A DNA stretch of 63,920 nt, the filler included, from Octopus bimaculoides (taxonomy: Eukaryota): the NCBI RefSeq assembly GCF_001194135.2. It is 6 parts of 6 records of this genome, joined end to end, with 100 filler letters (N's around TTAATTAATTAA, not from the genome) between each part and the next. Parts side by side here need not be neighbours in the genome. Positions count along the whole stretch, not along the records: positions 1 to 28,813 come from NC_068985.1; 5 more parts are not named here. One strand, written 5' to 3'. Every line of letters begins with the position of its first letter. Within the stretch, counting starts at the first letter, position 1. The position numbers and the translations under genes were made by a program. The notes under the pieces were generated by a model, which saw nothing but the letters and a program-made list of their open reading frames with translations, was not told where the DNA came from and did no database searches. Below, piece by piece: positions 1 through 12,544 of this stretch.

Positions 1-116
1 GAATAGTGTTATTGTTTGGTGTTTCACGTATTTTAATTAGACGTTATCTGCTAGCAAGACTATGCCTAGTCGGTATAGTAAAATGGGAAAAGGCTAAAGA
101 GTGTTATACTATGTGT

Positions 117-436
117 CTAATCCGGTGAGGAGATCATCTTCCAGTTTGCTAGCAGAAACTTGTCAAAATGCATACATTTAATAAAAATTTCTGACCTCGA
201 GGTTAGAATGTTGGTACAGTTCTTCGATTTCATCGTATGTGTGTTCTTTCAGCTACACAGAGCCTAAACATCTTTGAATCGTTGTTGTTTGGTCTAGATG
301 TCTCTACGATGTTCTACTTGATGGTGTGTAGTACGCTTCTGTCCTTCATATTCCAGATATGGCTTGCTAGCTTTGTGCCTTTCCTTTTTGTTTATGTACT
401 TGAAAGAAAATTGTGGTTGATGTAACTCATTTTGAA
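117..436 (-). mobile_element. Penelope-like element, decayed C-terminal part of the GIY-YIG endonuclease
   Basis: Minus-strand translation FKMSYINHNF..*..GTKLASHIWNMKD....IK*NIVETSRP....KMFRLCVAERTH....NILTSRSEIFIKCMHFDKFLLAN follows the Penelope pattern FKxRYxNH / TxLSxYIWxLK / CxLCxxEK / LNxRSE..CRH.xKFLL. Two in-frame stops. Confidence 0.75.
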
Positions 437-502
437 GTAACTTTTTCACAGTTCAATATATTTTCTTTTATTTGGATCTCTTATTTTGTGGAAAGGTGGT
501 GA

Positions 503-1277
503 CCTCAGCTTCATAGACAACTGAACATGTCATGCATACCTGGCTGGGAGGGCATGCAGACACCAAATAACACGAAAATTACGGAACAAATTAAGATTGT
601 CTAACTTCAAGATTCTGTAATATGTGAGTCTTTCCGAGAACTTTATGCCCACTCGCTTCTTAATGGTTCTTGGACGGATTTCAAACCAAAAATTTATACA
701 ATTTTTGTTGATATTTTAATCTTTAATTGGTTCGGTGAAAACAACTCAGAAATATCTAAGCTACTAATTATCAAGTATAAATTTCTCCAGCAATTGATTA
801 TTTCTCCTGTATCTGGAAATGAACGTTTGACATCAGAAGAATCGGTGAAGCAGCATAAATCAGATATGCAATCGGTCTTTATTAATGATATTAAGGATAT
901 TTTGAAGAGAGGAATGCAGTATTTCACAGACCTGGTTCATAATTCATCCGCAGTATATGAAAATATTACAGAAGGCATTCTTCTATCCTCTTACTCAGGA
1001 AGTGGATACCATTCCCAGCAAACAGTAATTGAAAATTGCCGTTAAACATATTCATTCTGAATGCACCTCAAAAGTTTATAGTATCCCATTTGACATTATG
1101 AAGCATGGTAGTATTTGTGCAATGTCTGAGTTTGTGACCACGTTCATTATGAATGTGAAGAATAATTCTCCTGTTCTACAAGAGCTGAAAGAAGAAATAG
1201 CGATATCACTGTTCAAGGGGAGGCTATCAAGTGGAATTACGATGGTATTCATGCTATCATTTACTTGTAACTCTTGA
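503..1277 (+). pseudogene. Decayed coding-like sequence of unassigned family (transposase or pseudogene)
   Basis: One frame is open 503-601, has a single TAA at 602-604, and is open again 605-1042 (146 codons). An overlapping shifted frame is open 1029-1277. No microsatellites in this stretch. Confidence 0.35.
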
Positions 1278-1469
1278 TAAGGTATTCACCAAACTTTTAC
1301 TGATTACTTTGCAGTGTTCTATTGTTCTCCGAGAGTTGACATGTTGTAATTGGGAGAAGAGCTTTAGTGTCAAAAGACAAATAACGATGAAAAGACACAG
1401 TCACACACGCACATACACACACATACATATATGTCCCGTACACGATGCTAGCCGACGTGTGTGCGCGCT

Positions 1470-1514
<45 letters not shown>

Positions 1515-1895
1515 ACTGTAACAAACTGAAGAAACAGAACTCAGCTTTATAAAGCATGATAATTACTGATAAAGAACTAAGAACCCAAGAAACTATTCAG
1601 ATCAATCCCTCGGTTTTCTTCTCAGAGGGAGATGAAACCTGACGTGTAACCACTTCCGATTATCTCAAACCACTATATAGTTTACAACGATTTGATTGAA
1701 TCAAGTGCCTATACTGTCATGTTAATTAGTGGAACTAGTTCCACTGAGTTCTAAATTATATAGCTATAAATACGACAGCCTAAACTGAATCTGGCTATGG
1801 ACAGAAGACGATATCCTCTTTCTTATGATTGAAAACGCTTTGTTTTGCAATATGAATTTATATACATTTATACATATACACGCGCACAAGCACAC

Positions 1896-1940
<45 letters not shown>

Positions 1941-2112
1941 GTGGGGATGTATGTATGCATATGTATATGTATGTATGTATGTATATGTGTGTATATATAT
2001 ATATTATTTATGCACATTCACTACATATCTTGTTTTCCTTTAATTCATAGTTATCAACCTAGCTCATTAATAAATTGTTTTGTGTGTGTGTGTGTGTGTG
2101 TGNNNNNNNNNN

Positions 2113-2168
<56 letters not shown>

Positions 2169-2338
2169 GTGGTAAGAGAGGGAGGTTGTGTGTGCTAGAT
2201 TAATTCCTTCAAATAACTAACAGCTGGGCCTCGGCAAATCTTTCTTAGGAAGTCTAGATTAGTGTGAGATTTGAAGGGATTAGTTATGTTCAGTGTCATA
2301 ACAGTGCTTGGGATTTACAGAAACAGGTGTGTGAGAGA

Positions 2339-2391
<53 letters not shown>

Positions 2392-3121
2392 TGTGTGTGT
2401 ATGTGTGTGTGTGATTGTNNNNNNNNNNNNNNNNNNNNNNNNNNNNNNNNNNNNNNNNNNNNNNNNNNNNNNNNNNNNNNNNNNNNNNNNNGTGTGCTTG
2501 TGTGTGTGTATGTATGTATATATGTATGTGTACATGTGTGTATGTGTGCATTTAAGTCTCTGTACGTACTTAAGAGTGTTTTTGTTTCTCTTTCTCAGCG
2601 ACATTCCTGATATTCACTTGATTTTTATCTCACTAAATGCCGGACGTTTTATTTGATCATTTATTTCAGTAATTTATATTTTAATTATACTGATAACCGA
2701 TAACAATGTTAGAAAATTGTTGAATATATTAGTTTTCAATGAGATCGCCAATAACCCACCGCGTTTCGGTTATTTACATTAACACCATTTTCTATGTAAT
2801 GAAGCTATCAAACAACGATTTGTTTGTATCAAATGCGGAGTACTTTTTATTGTTGTTAAAGTAAGAGTTAGACTCCAAGCGAGGAGTGGTGTCTGCAATA
2901 CACCGTTTCTGACCCATTTTTAGAATGTTAAATCAAAACAAGAGACTTGTATTCTCATCGAGCTTAGAAGTAGTTAGAGTAGCATTTTCCAAAGTGTGCC
3001 ATGGTATAATTCTGGAAAGGTCACGAAGATATAATCTTTTGCCTTTGAAATATTTCATAAAATGCAAAATATCCATGAATATGCTATACAATAAGACATG
3101 CATATAATAAGGATTGCAGTA

Positions 3122-3499
3122 CATTTACTGCAAAAATGACCGAGGGATGACATGTATTCAAGAAAAGTTCCAATCGTTGAAGGCGCCCTCATGAAAATAT
3201 CATTGTATCACTGTATCGACCGGACTATCAGATGTTGTTACACACCGCTGGTCACAATGCGCTTCCTTGCATTGTTGTTGCTCTCGAATGATGCCACTCT
3301 GCTGGTTAAGCGAGCAGGTCAATATTACCCCTGAGCGGAATACCAGTTTGTCGCAGGACTTACCCATTAACAGGGGAGTGGACTGGAGCAACGTGAAATG
3401 AAATGTTTTGCTCGAGAACACAACGTACCACCTGTGTAGAATTCGCAACGATGATCTTGCGATCGTGAGTTCAAACTCTAACCACCAGGACATGCGCCT
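3122..3499 (-). mobile_element. tRNA-headed SINE (family distinct from A and B)
   Basis: Reverse complement starts AGGCGCATGTCCTGGTGGTTAGAG (A-box-like), with a degraded B-box about 40 nt later, followed by a GC-richer body. Confidence 0.65.
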
Positions 3500-3749
3500 T
3501 TATTATTGGAATATATATTCTTAACAAAGGTTCACAAAGGAAAGTAACTTTACCAAATGTTAGTGTGGATTGTAGTAATTGTTGGAAACATCTGCTTTAC
3601 ACCACGTTGCGAAAAAATGAAACAATCAAGAGTGAGGCACCATACGCTAGGAGATATTTCTAGAGTGTTGAGTGTGCTATCATGTTTCATCGATTCTTAT
3701 TTGAAGTAATTCCATTTCATTTTCTTTAGTCGTTCGATGACTGTACTGG

Positions 3750-3874
3750 TTCCAGATTCAGTCCGACGGCGTGGCACTTTGGACAAATGTCTTCTACTAT
3801 AGCCTCAGACCGAACAAAGCTTTCTGAGTGGATTTGAAAGACAGAAACTGAAAGAAGCCTGTCGTATATATAGA

Positions 3875-3918
<44 letters not shown>

Positions 3919-4115
3919 TTTGTGTTTGTGTTTGTGTTTGTTCACGCTATACTACTTGACAACCGATGTTGCTTTGTTTACGTCCCCGTAACTTAACAGT
4001 TTGGCAAGGATCGATGAAATAATTACGAGTCTAGGGCCTGGGGATCAATGTAATCAGCTAGTCCCTTTCCTCCAAAATGTCAGGCCGTGTGTCTATTGTA
4101 CAAAGGATTTTTATT
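3750..4115 (+). mobile_element. SINE family A copy (internal TA/TG microsatellite) ending in a family-B-type tail
   Basis: Matches other family A copies in the window (GTCTTCTACTATAGCC...GGAAACTGAAAGAAGCC-microsatellite-TTGACAACCGATG...TTTACGTCCCCGTAACTT). The 3' part switches to CTGGGGATCAATGTAATC...TCAGGCCGTGTG. Confidence 0.75.
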
Positions 4116-4429
4116 AATAATAACAGTTTCGAGATTAGGCATCAAGCTAGCAGTTTTTCTAGAGGCGTAGCCGATACCATGGATCCCGTTACTTGACAGA
4201 GAGAATGGACATAATTTTCTGAAATAATGTTTTGAGTATGTTATAGTTTTTCTTAATGTATTTAGAGGTCATTTACTTAACTCATATAGCTTTTGGAAGA
4301 TAATGAACATTTGTATGAAATATGCTTTCTCAACGTCAAAAATGCAGTAAATATTACTCATTGTGTCCCGCCACCCACTTAATATTTTTAACTAATCTTT
4401 TTAAAATAATGGATGTGTATGTTCCTGTG

Positions 4430-5051
4430 CAGCACAGATACTTATTTGTCAGCGCCGATAGCAAATGTGCAACGGCTTTGTCGAAGTTTAATGGTTCCTG
4501 AGTGAGACCAGTTCTCACGAATTAACTGGCTTATTGTAGATAGTGCACAGCCATACACGAACGGGAGCTTCGAATAAAAAAATATGGTATGGCCTAAGTT
4601 TCAGCAAAAAATTGGGAATTTTTGCTCAAAGGTTTAAACAGAACAACTGAACTTTTAACGCCTTGTATGCACGAGGTTAAGTATCTTTTATGCAAATACA
4701 AGCCTCCTTGAATTTCGTTCTGTTTCAGAAAAAAAAGCGTCGGTTTCGTAATTAATTAATAGATTTTATTGATATGTGTTTTAATATGTCTGTGTGCGTG
4801 TCTGCTTCCGTATATATTTGCGTATATATGCCTTTGTGTGTGTGTATATATATATATGTGATCGGTATTTTAAATAACGATCTTATCCTTATTTATATAA
4901 ATTTATATATTTACTTCGTCATTCTATTCACTGCGGTGGTATTTTGACCATATCGCACGAGGAGTTTAGGCAGGCAATTTAAATTGGTCGTGTGCATACG
5001 TGCATATATATATGCGTGTGTATACGTGCGTATATGTAAGTATTCGTATGT

Positions 5052-5090
<39 letters not shown>

Positions 5091-5270
5091 ATTTATGTAC
5101 TATTTGTGTATATTCCACTGATGAAGGCAAAGCATTTCTTTTGCAGAAATAGAAATCCGAGATCTGGAATTATCCAATAATTTTTTTTTTTTTTTTGTTA
5201 TTTTATAGTGTCTCTTTGTCTTCTCTCCTGGTGCTGTATAAATTATTCATTGTGGTTTTAGAGTCAAGTT
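4430..5270 (+). mobile_element. Penelope-like 3' end: endonuclease C-terminus remnant, microsatellite spacer and pLTR-like region with a hammerhead motif
   Basis: Frameshifted peptides ATALSKF, AQPYTNG and LNRTTELLTPCMHEVKYLLCKYKPP* (about 4470-4710) match the Penelope EN C-terminus. CTGATGA...GAAA motif at 5118-5149. Confidence 0.65.
5112..5170 (+). ncRNA. Degenerate type I hammerhead ribozyme motif
   Basis: Stem I ATTCCA (5112-5117) pairs with TGGAAT (5165-5170). Core CTGATGA 5118-5124. Stem II GCAAA/TTTGC. GAAA 5146-5149. AUC triplet 5162-5164. The closing G-C pair of stem II is broken (A5145) and stem III is weak. Confidence 0.55.
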
Positions 5271-5644
5271 TTAGCTGCTATATCTAGCATGGTGGTATCT
5301 CTTAGATACCCTTAATTATAATTTTAAATATATATATATATAACAAATGATAGATAGGTGTCAGTTCATTACAGCCGTTTCTAAAGAATTTTTTTAATTG
5401 ATCAATGAATACATTATATCATTATAAAAAATAACCGTTTTCTTCAGATGAATACACGAATTTTACAATTAAAGACATTTTTTTTTAAATCTTAAATCTA
5501 TGGCATGTACGTAGTTGGTGATTCCATTGGTTAGCCAATTTAGTCGCATTACTTTTGTCAATGTGCCGTAAAAAGACATAGTTTGTAAAGCGTTTTGTGA
5601 AGTTGCGTTCGCATAACCCGATGTAGTTCTTCTTTTCAATTGTG

Positions 5645-5690
<46 letters not shown>

Positions 5691-5720
5691 CATGTGTGTG
5701 TGCGTGCGTGTGTGCGTGCG

Positions 5721-5763
<43 letters not shown>

Positions 5764-7509
5764 TTGTCTACCTATCAGCGAAAAATTCGCTATACTGTTG
5801 CTTTCGATCAAAAATACCTTGCAGTAATTGTTTCACCCAAATTGACCACACACGATCTTTTGTCATTCTTGATAAGAGAGTGTCTATACAATACAAAAAT
5901 ATAGAGAACAGTAACTTGTCCATAGGAAAACTGTTACTAAAGACTTCATTATTCATTATTCATAAAATCCGATATTACATTAAGAAAAGGTTTTAAAAAA
6001 ACCTTCCTTTGTTATATTCAATGACATAAATACCAGCAATATACAGAGAGGAATCACTCGATTATGCATCACTAATACCTGCCTTTACTGTCGCTATCTG
6101 CCGTCAAAAGCGAAGTTATATAATATTTTGTTCCCTTTAATAAAGTTCTCTACATTGAAGAAGTGTCTGTGTCTGCGTGCAATTTTAGAAACTTTATTAA
6201 CTGATTTCCTTCGACACTGAGTATTCTTTTTTGTTTCCTTTATTTGAGTTTATATTGCAAGATTAAGTTCTTGTTCTTCTTTCGTAAACATTTTATAACA
6301 TCGACGTGATAATATTTAAACTGGCTTGCGGTAATTCATTGAAAAACACTTTTATACGGAAACTGCTTTTTTTTCTTTTTCTCTTTCCTTTTCCACCCAC
6401 TTCCTTTTGTTTATACAATATTTTCTGAAACAATATCGTTTCCCATAAATTGTGTTATGTTTGCCTTTCTCATTATAGTTCGTAGTCTTTACAATTTTCC
6501 TCGTGTGTCTTGTGTTGAACAAATAGCTGCCAATTCACTCAGTAGTTAGTGATATATATGTGTTTGTAAGCATGTATGTACAAACTCTGTATCGGTTTGG
6601 GACAGTGCTATCATTTCAAACAAGGCGTTAACACTTCAGTTCCTTTGTTTTGTCTATTTTTTCCTGGTGACCGTCCCTGTTTTTTGTATAAACACATCAT
6701 ACGTCACTTTCTCCTCTCAAGACATTTTACGTACCGTTTTTTCTAAGATAGCGAGTTGTCTTTTATTTATTTATTTCTCTGTTTATATATTCACTTATTT
6801 TCAATTATAATGTTGTTCATATATAGCTACTTTGATTGTTTGAAATTGTGAAAGAATGTTTAGATAAATATTCTCAGTCGAAAGACATTAACGATACTTG
6901 GTGAGTTGCAGTACAAAAGCTGACACAAATTCAGTGTCCTTCATAAAATAACATCTTGGTCTACAACTTTAGCCGTGCTTGTGTTAATTTAAAGGGGCTT
7001 CTATCGTAAATATCGTTGAGATAAGTTGGCAGTGAGCAAGTCATTTTACTTTTCCATGCGAAGTCCTTTTGTTTTGCCCTCCTTCAAGATTTTTGTTTTT
7101 TTCTTTTTCTTTTTCTTATCATTTTTCCCCCTTTCCGTCCTCTATAACTCCATCTGGTCTCAGTGTCAGGTATCAAGTAAATAACAGTTCATCAAAACTA
7201 TCCTTCAATGGGTGTCAGACCTATTGACTTTTAGATTAAACCGTCAGTCACTTCTATAAGCCACATTCAGTAAAGGATTTGAAATTGGTCGTGCAAACAA
7301 GTGAATATGAATTTTTTTTTCTTTTTTTTTTTCACTAGGGTCAAATGTTGCTGGGTTTAGAAGAAAGTGTAAATTATTATTCTCATTTATAACTGAAAAG
7401 TATGAAAGTCATATAATGAATTTACATGACAGCAGTTGAGAACCTCTAACTGTGACTGCGTGAAGACTAATTAATATTGATACAAACAACTGCCATTTGT
7501 TCACTGAAT

Positions 7510-7945
7510 AATAGTCTCAAATTTTGACACAAGGCCAGCAATTTGGGGGAAGGGCAAGTCAATTACATCGTCCCCAGTGCTTAGCTGGTACTTGAAAGGA
7601 TGAAAAGCAAAGCTGACCTCGGCGGAATTTGAACTCAGAACGTAAAGACGGACGAAATTGCAATAAGCATTTTGCCTGGCGTGCTAACGGTGCTGCCAGC
7701 TCACCGCCTTCATTTGTTCTTTGAATATTGGTTCCAAATTTTGGCACAAGGCCAGCAAGTTCGGAGGATAAGAGGTAAGTCGATTGCATCGAACCCAATA
7801 CTCAGCTGGTACTTACTTTATCGACCCTGATAGGATGAAAGGCAAAATCGACCTCCGCGGAATTTGAACATAAAATATAAAGATGGACGAAATGCCTCTA
7901 AGCATTTATCCGGTGTGCAAACGATTCTTGCAGCTCGCTGCCTTA
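7510..7945 (-). mobile_element. Two tandem SINE family B copies (tRNA head GGCGGCGAGCTGGCAG...GAGTTCAAATTCC)
   Basis: Copies at about 7510-7712 and 7725-7945 share AAGGCAAAGTCGACCTCGGCGGAATTTGAACTCAGAACGT-like sequence with many other copies in the window. Confidence 0.8.
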
Positions 7946-8690
7946 TTTATTCTCTGAATATCGACCGAGCAAAATATATGTGGTGTTTCACTGTTTTCAA
8001 CTTCTCTGTATTTGTATACAACATAACAAGGAAACAAGAAGAAAGCAGTAAAGTAATCAAGCAGTAAACTATGCAAGGATCTGTGTGAGAGTCAACCAAA
8101 CTATGAAACCAAAAGACCTTATTAATAAGTCTACCTAAATATTGTCGAGGTATATTAAGTTTCTATTCCTATGACTGCAAATATTCTCGCAGCCTTTCAG
8201 TTACGTTCCTTTGTTAGATACGGCGTTAATATTCAGTTATAATTAAAGTTGCTCTTCTCAAATAATCCAGTAGCGTTTAATCCACCAAAGCTTGTCTTTA
8301 AAAGATAAAAAAATTTTGATTCATTTTCATTTTCACATTTACTTGCGAGTTTAATTCAGCAAAGAAGCAAGTCCGAATCAACTTATCAGATGTACACAGA
8401 ATGCTATAATCTTAAATTAGAAATTTCTCAAACATAATATCCCAGCTAATCTACCCTGTATGAATCTCATTTCAAGTTTTCTTAAGGCTCAAAATATGAA
8501 ATATGTGGATTATAAAAGAAAATCTAGTTGTCATATGATTATTCTTGGAGATACATACGCGCACACATACATACATACATACATACATACATACATACAA
8601 ACATACATACATGCGTACATACATATATACATACATACATACATGCGCACATGCATAAACATACCTACATACATGTGTGCACGTGTGCGC

Positions 8691-8756
<66 letters not shown>

Positions 8757-10234
8757 GTGTGTGTGTTCATTTCAGTAACTTGATGTTCTTCGTTAGAGTA
8801 ATTTTAATCAAAATAACGAAAGAGCCTCTGCATAGTTACTCGACCTTCTAAAAGTAACAGCCGAATTCCTCTAGAATCCCATATACCATCAGTCTTAAAT
8901 AGGGAAAGGACATATTAGAATGTTGTAATCATATATAGCATCTGCAATACACACACTCACAAACTCACATACACACATACATACATACATAAATCATGGT
9001 ATTATCTACCGATGAGACATAATGTTATAGACATACATACATACTCTATTGGCAAGAAATCTTGAAATAAAACTGAATAATGACATACATACATACATAC
9101 ATACATACATACATACATGCATACATGCATACATGCATACATACATATCAGAACAGTCACGACTTTGATAATTTTAATGTTCTTTGTTAGTTTGTTTCTG
9201 AATTGTACATAAAACCAATCGAAGAAACTAGTAAAAGTGAGGTATTAGTCAACCCAGTGATTCTTCCAGAAGAGCCTAGCTGTTATTTCCCATTGAAATT
9301 TTAGATGTGAATTCCGGTCTTGAATGTCGCGAGTAACTAGTTTTATCATCTCTTTGCCAGGTGTATAAATTTTATCAGTATTTCGAAAGAGATTTACTCT
9401 TTTAGGTTTAATGAATTAAACAACCAATAAGAAACGGATAAAATTACAGTATTACTACACGAAGGGTCTTATCTTTTAAAAACACACTACAAAAAAAGTT
9501 CGAATCTTTAAACAGGAGTGTAGTTTGGACTTTATGACCCCGGAAAGAAGAGATACATTTCTGAGTGGGAATCTGATATTTTTATAGCAGAACTAATATA
9601 TTTTAAAGAGCGTAACCTATAACCAACAGATTTTATTCAGATAAAGTGAATCAGTTATTGTGAAGATCCGGTAGCCAGAGTATACATAGAAATTAGAAAT
9701 AGCTGAGTCTAGCAAATTTAGAAACAAACTCGTCAAGAGAAATAGAAAAAAAAATGATTTCACTGTTGTGCGCGCATGCACGAATTTGTGTTTGTTCATC
9801 GCTCCTGGGTAACCGGTGTATTTTCGTTTACATTCTCATAACCGAATGGTTTGGTAATAAGGAATAGATAGAATGATTACCAGACTCCAAAGAAGTGCTG
9901 AGGTGTATCTAGTCAACTAAAACCCTTTCAAGTTGTTGCTACAGCATAGCCGCGGTCACAAACATCACGATGAAATGATTAAGCTTCTACGTGTTCACTT
10001 AACCTAAATCTGTAGGAAATAACAGCCGCATCGTCCACAAATCATTCTCTACCAACTAGAAAAGGGAACACCTTGAGTAATGTAATTTTAGACGCACCCA
10101 CCTTACAATACGTTTATAGCAAGCTGTTGAAACGGAGTCTAACAACCAACACATTTGGTTCTTATCTCTCTAAACTTCAAGTGAACATTTAAGGCTGCAA
10201 AATACACACAGACTCACAAACTCTCCCACCCACT

Positions 10235-10303
<69 letters not shown>

Positions 10304-11010
10304 TCTCTCTTTGTCTAACTCTGTTCCTTTCTTTCCAACACAATCGCTAAATAAACAAATGTTCCTCTGAAGGACAGCTGTACATGTAAGGCCAAACCTT
10401 TAAAAACAGGTCTAAACCTCACTTATCAGATGTGTACAGGATGCTAATGTCTTAAAATCCAATATGTCCAAAACACACTCACCCTACTAATCTAGCCTGT
10501 ATGAATCAGATTACAGGTTCTTTTATGTGTAATCTGTAAAATATGTGAATTAGAATAGGAATCATGTTTAGGAATCATGTTCTCACATGATTCCACGAAG
10601 AGACGATATTTGTTTTACCCTTTTTTACTCTTTTCTTGCACTCATTACAGCAGTGTCCATTCCCTAGCAGGACCACAGTCTCAATTTCAATGTTTTGTCG
10701 ATCATAGTGAACGCAGTACTTATTTTTTTAAATCTGGGATTCGTTTTATTCATTCTGTCAAAAGAAGTAAAAGAATAATAGAATGTGTGTGTGGGGGGGT
10801 GTACGTACTATGATGCCCTTATCTATTCATCTAGCTGTCTTTCCCACACTCTCTCTTAATCTTTTTTGCCCCTTGTGGGGCATAGGGCCTCAACAGTTAT
10901 TTCCCACTGTTTGCGGTCATTGGCGTGTTTCTTGGCTGCTTCCCATGTATTAATTATTCTTCTCACTAATTTTCCTGGACTGAATGCTCCTCGCTCTACT
11001 GAATAGTGGT

Positions 11011-11300
11011 GGAGGCGCAATGGCCCAGTGGTTAGGGCAGCGGACTCGCGGTCATAGGATCGCTGTTTCGATTCTCAGACCGGGTGTTGTGAATGTTTAT
11101 TGAGCGAAAACAGCTAAAGCTCCACGAGGCTCTGTTGTGCCTGTAATTCAAAGGGTCAGCCTTGTCGCACTCTGTGTCACGCTGAATATCCCCCGTGAAC
11201 TACGTTAAGGGTACACGTGTCTGTGGCGTGCTCAGCCACTTGCACGTTAATTTCACGAGCAGGCTGTTCCGTTGATCGGATCAACTGGAACCCTCGAAGG
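11011..11300 (+). mobile_element. tRNA-headed SINE (family D); a degraded relative lies at about 22025-22345
   Basis: A-box TGGCCCAGTGG and B-box-like GTTTCGATTCTC. The body CTGTGTCACGCTGAAT...GTTAAGGGTACACGT...CACGTTAATT recurs at about 22200-22290. Confidence 0.7.
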
Positions 11301-11550
11301 CATATCCCGGAAACAGCTATCAGAGACTATTTTTACCATTCGTTATGTAACTAAATCAGATTGAATTAAATTAATACTTGTCATGCCTTGCCTAATTGTG
11401 CCGTAAACCATTTGCTGTAAACCTTTTGTGCCGTAAACCATTTACTGTTTCTGTGGTACCCCACTTCTCATGATGTCCTAACAACGCGGTTATTTTGCTT
11501 AATACAGCGCTGTATATATGTATATATACTGGGAATTTATGATAGCTAGC

Positions 11551-11624
<74 letters not shown>

Positions 11625-11630
<6 letters not shown>

Positions 11631-11830
11631 CCTTTCTAGTAGAGGTACATGGACTGAAATTTAGGGGAGAGACAACCAATTGCACCGACTCCAGTACTCA
11701 ACTGATACTTATTTCCTCGACTATGTAAGGAAAAGTCGACCTTGATGAAATTTGAACTCAGAACGTAAAGACGGACGAAATGCCGCTAAGCATTTTGTCC
11801 GGTGCGCTAATGATTCTGCCAATTCGCTGC
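11625..11830 (-). mobile_element. SINE family B copy
   Basis: AAAGTCGACCTTGATGAAATTTGAACTCAGAACGTAAAGACGGACGAAATGCCGCTAAGCATTTTGTCCGG matches family B. Confidence 0.8.
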
Positions 11831-12544
11831 CTGTGTATATATTATGCAGTACATATAATGTATGTATGTATGTATGCATCCATGNNNNNNNNNNNNNNNN
11901 NNNNNNNNNNNNNNNNNNNNNNNNNNNNNNNNNNNNNNNNNNNNNNNNNNNNNNNNNNNNNNNNNNNNNNNNNNNNNNNNNNNNNNNNNNNNNNNNNNNN
12001 NNNNNNNNNNNNNNNNNNNNNNNNNNNNNNNNNNNNNNNNNNNNNNNNNNNNNNNNNNNNNNNNNNNNNNNNNNNNNNNNNNNNNNNNNGTATGTATGTA
12101 TGCATGTATGTATGTGTGTGTATGTGTGTATGTATGTATGTATGTATGCATGCATGTATGTATGTATGAGTATTTATGTATGTATGTATGTATGTATGTA
12201 TGTATGTGTGTATGTATGCATGCATGTATGTATGTATGTATGTATGTATGTATGCATGCATGTATGTATGTATGTATGTACGCATGAATGTATGTGCGTT
12301 CCTTTGAACTTCCTAATCCACTGGAGAATAAAGAAACATTTCAGTCTGCAAAATAAACTCTCATCAAAGGATTTGAACATCATTCTCTTCAACTATAACG
12401 AAATACTTGTCAATTACTGTTGTCGTCTTCTTACTTTGAGAGAATTAATTGGGACAAGCAACGCCATCTATTTATAGTTAGGTCGACCTGTCAAATTGAA
12501 AGGTGATTACCTCCTCATTACAAACGGTAGATTGACAGGATTAG

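Noticed and set aside
20-60. Very degenerate hammerhead-like string on the minus strand 3' of the Penelope EN (CAGATAA..CGT..ACG-T-GAAAC)
   Set aside because: Two core mismatches and no clear stem I; position is suggestive but not supportable.
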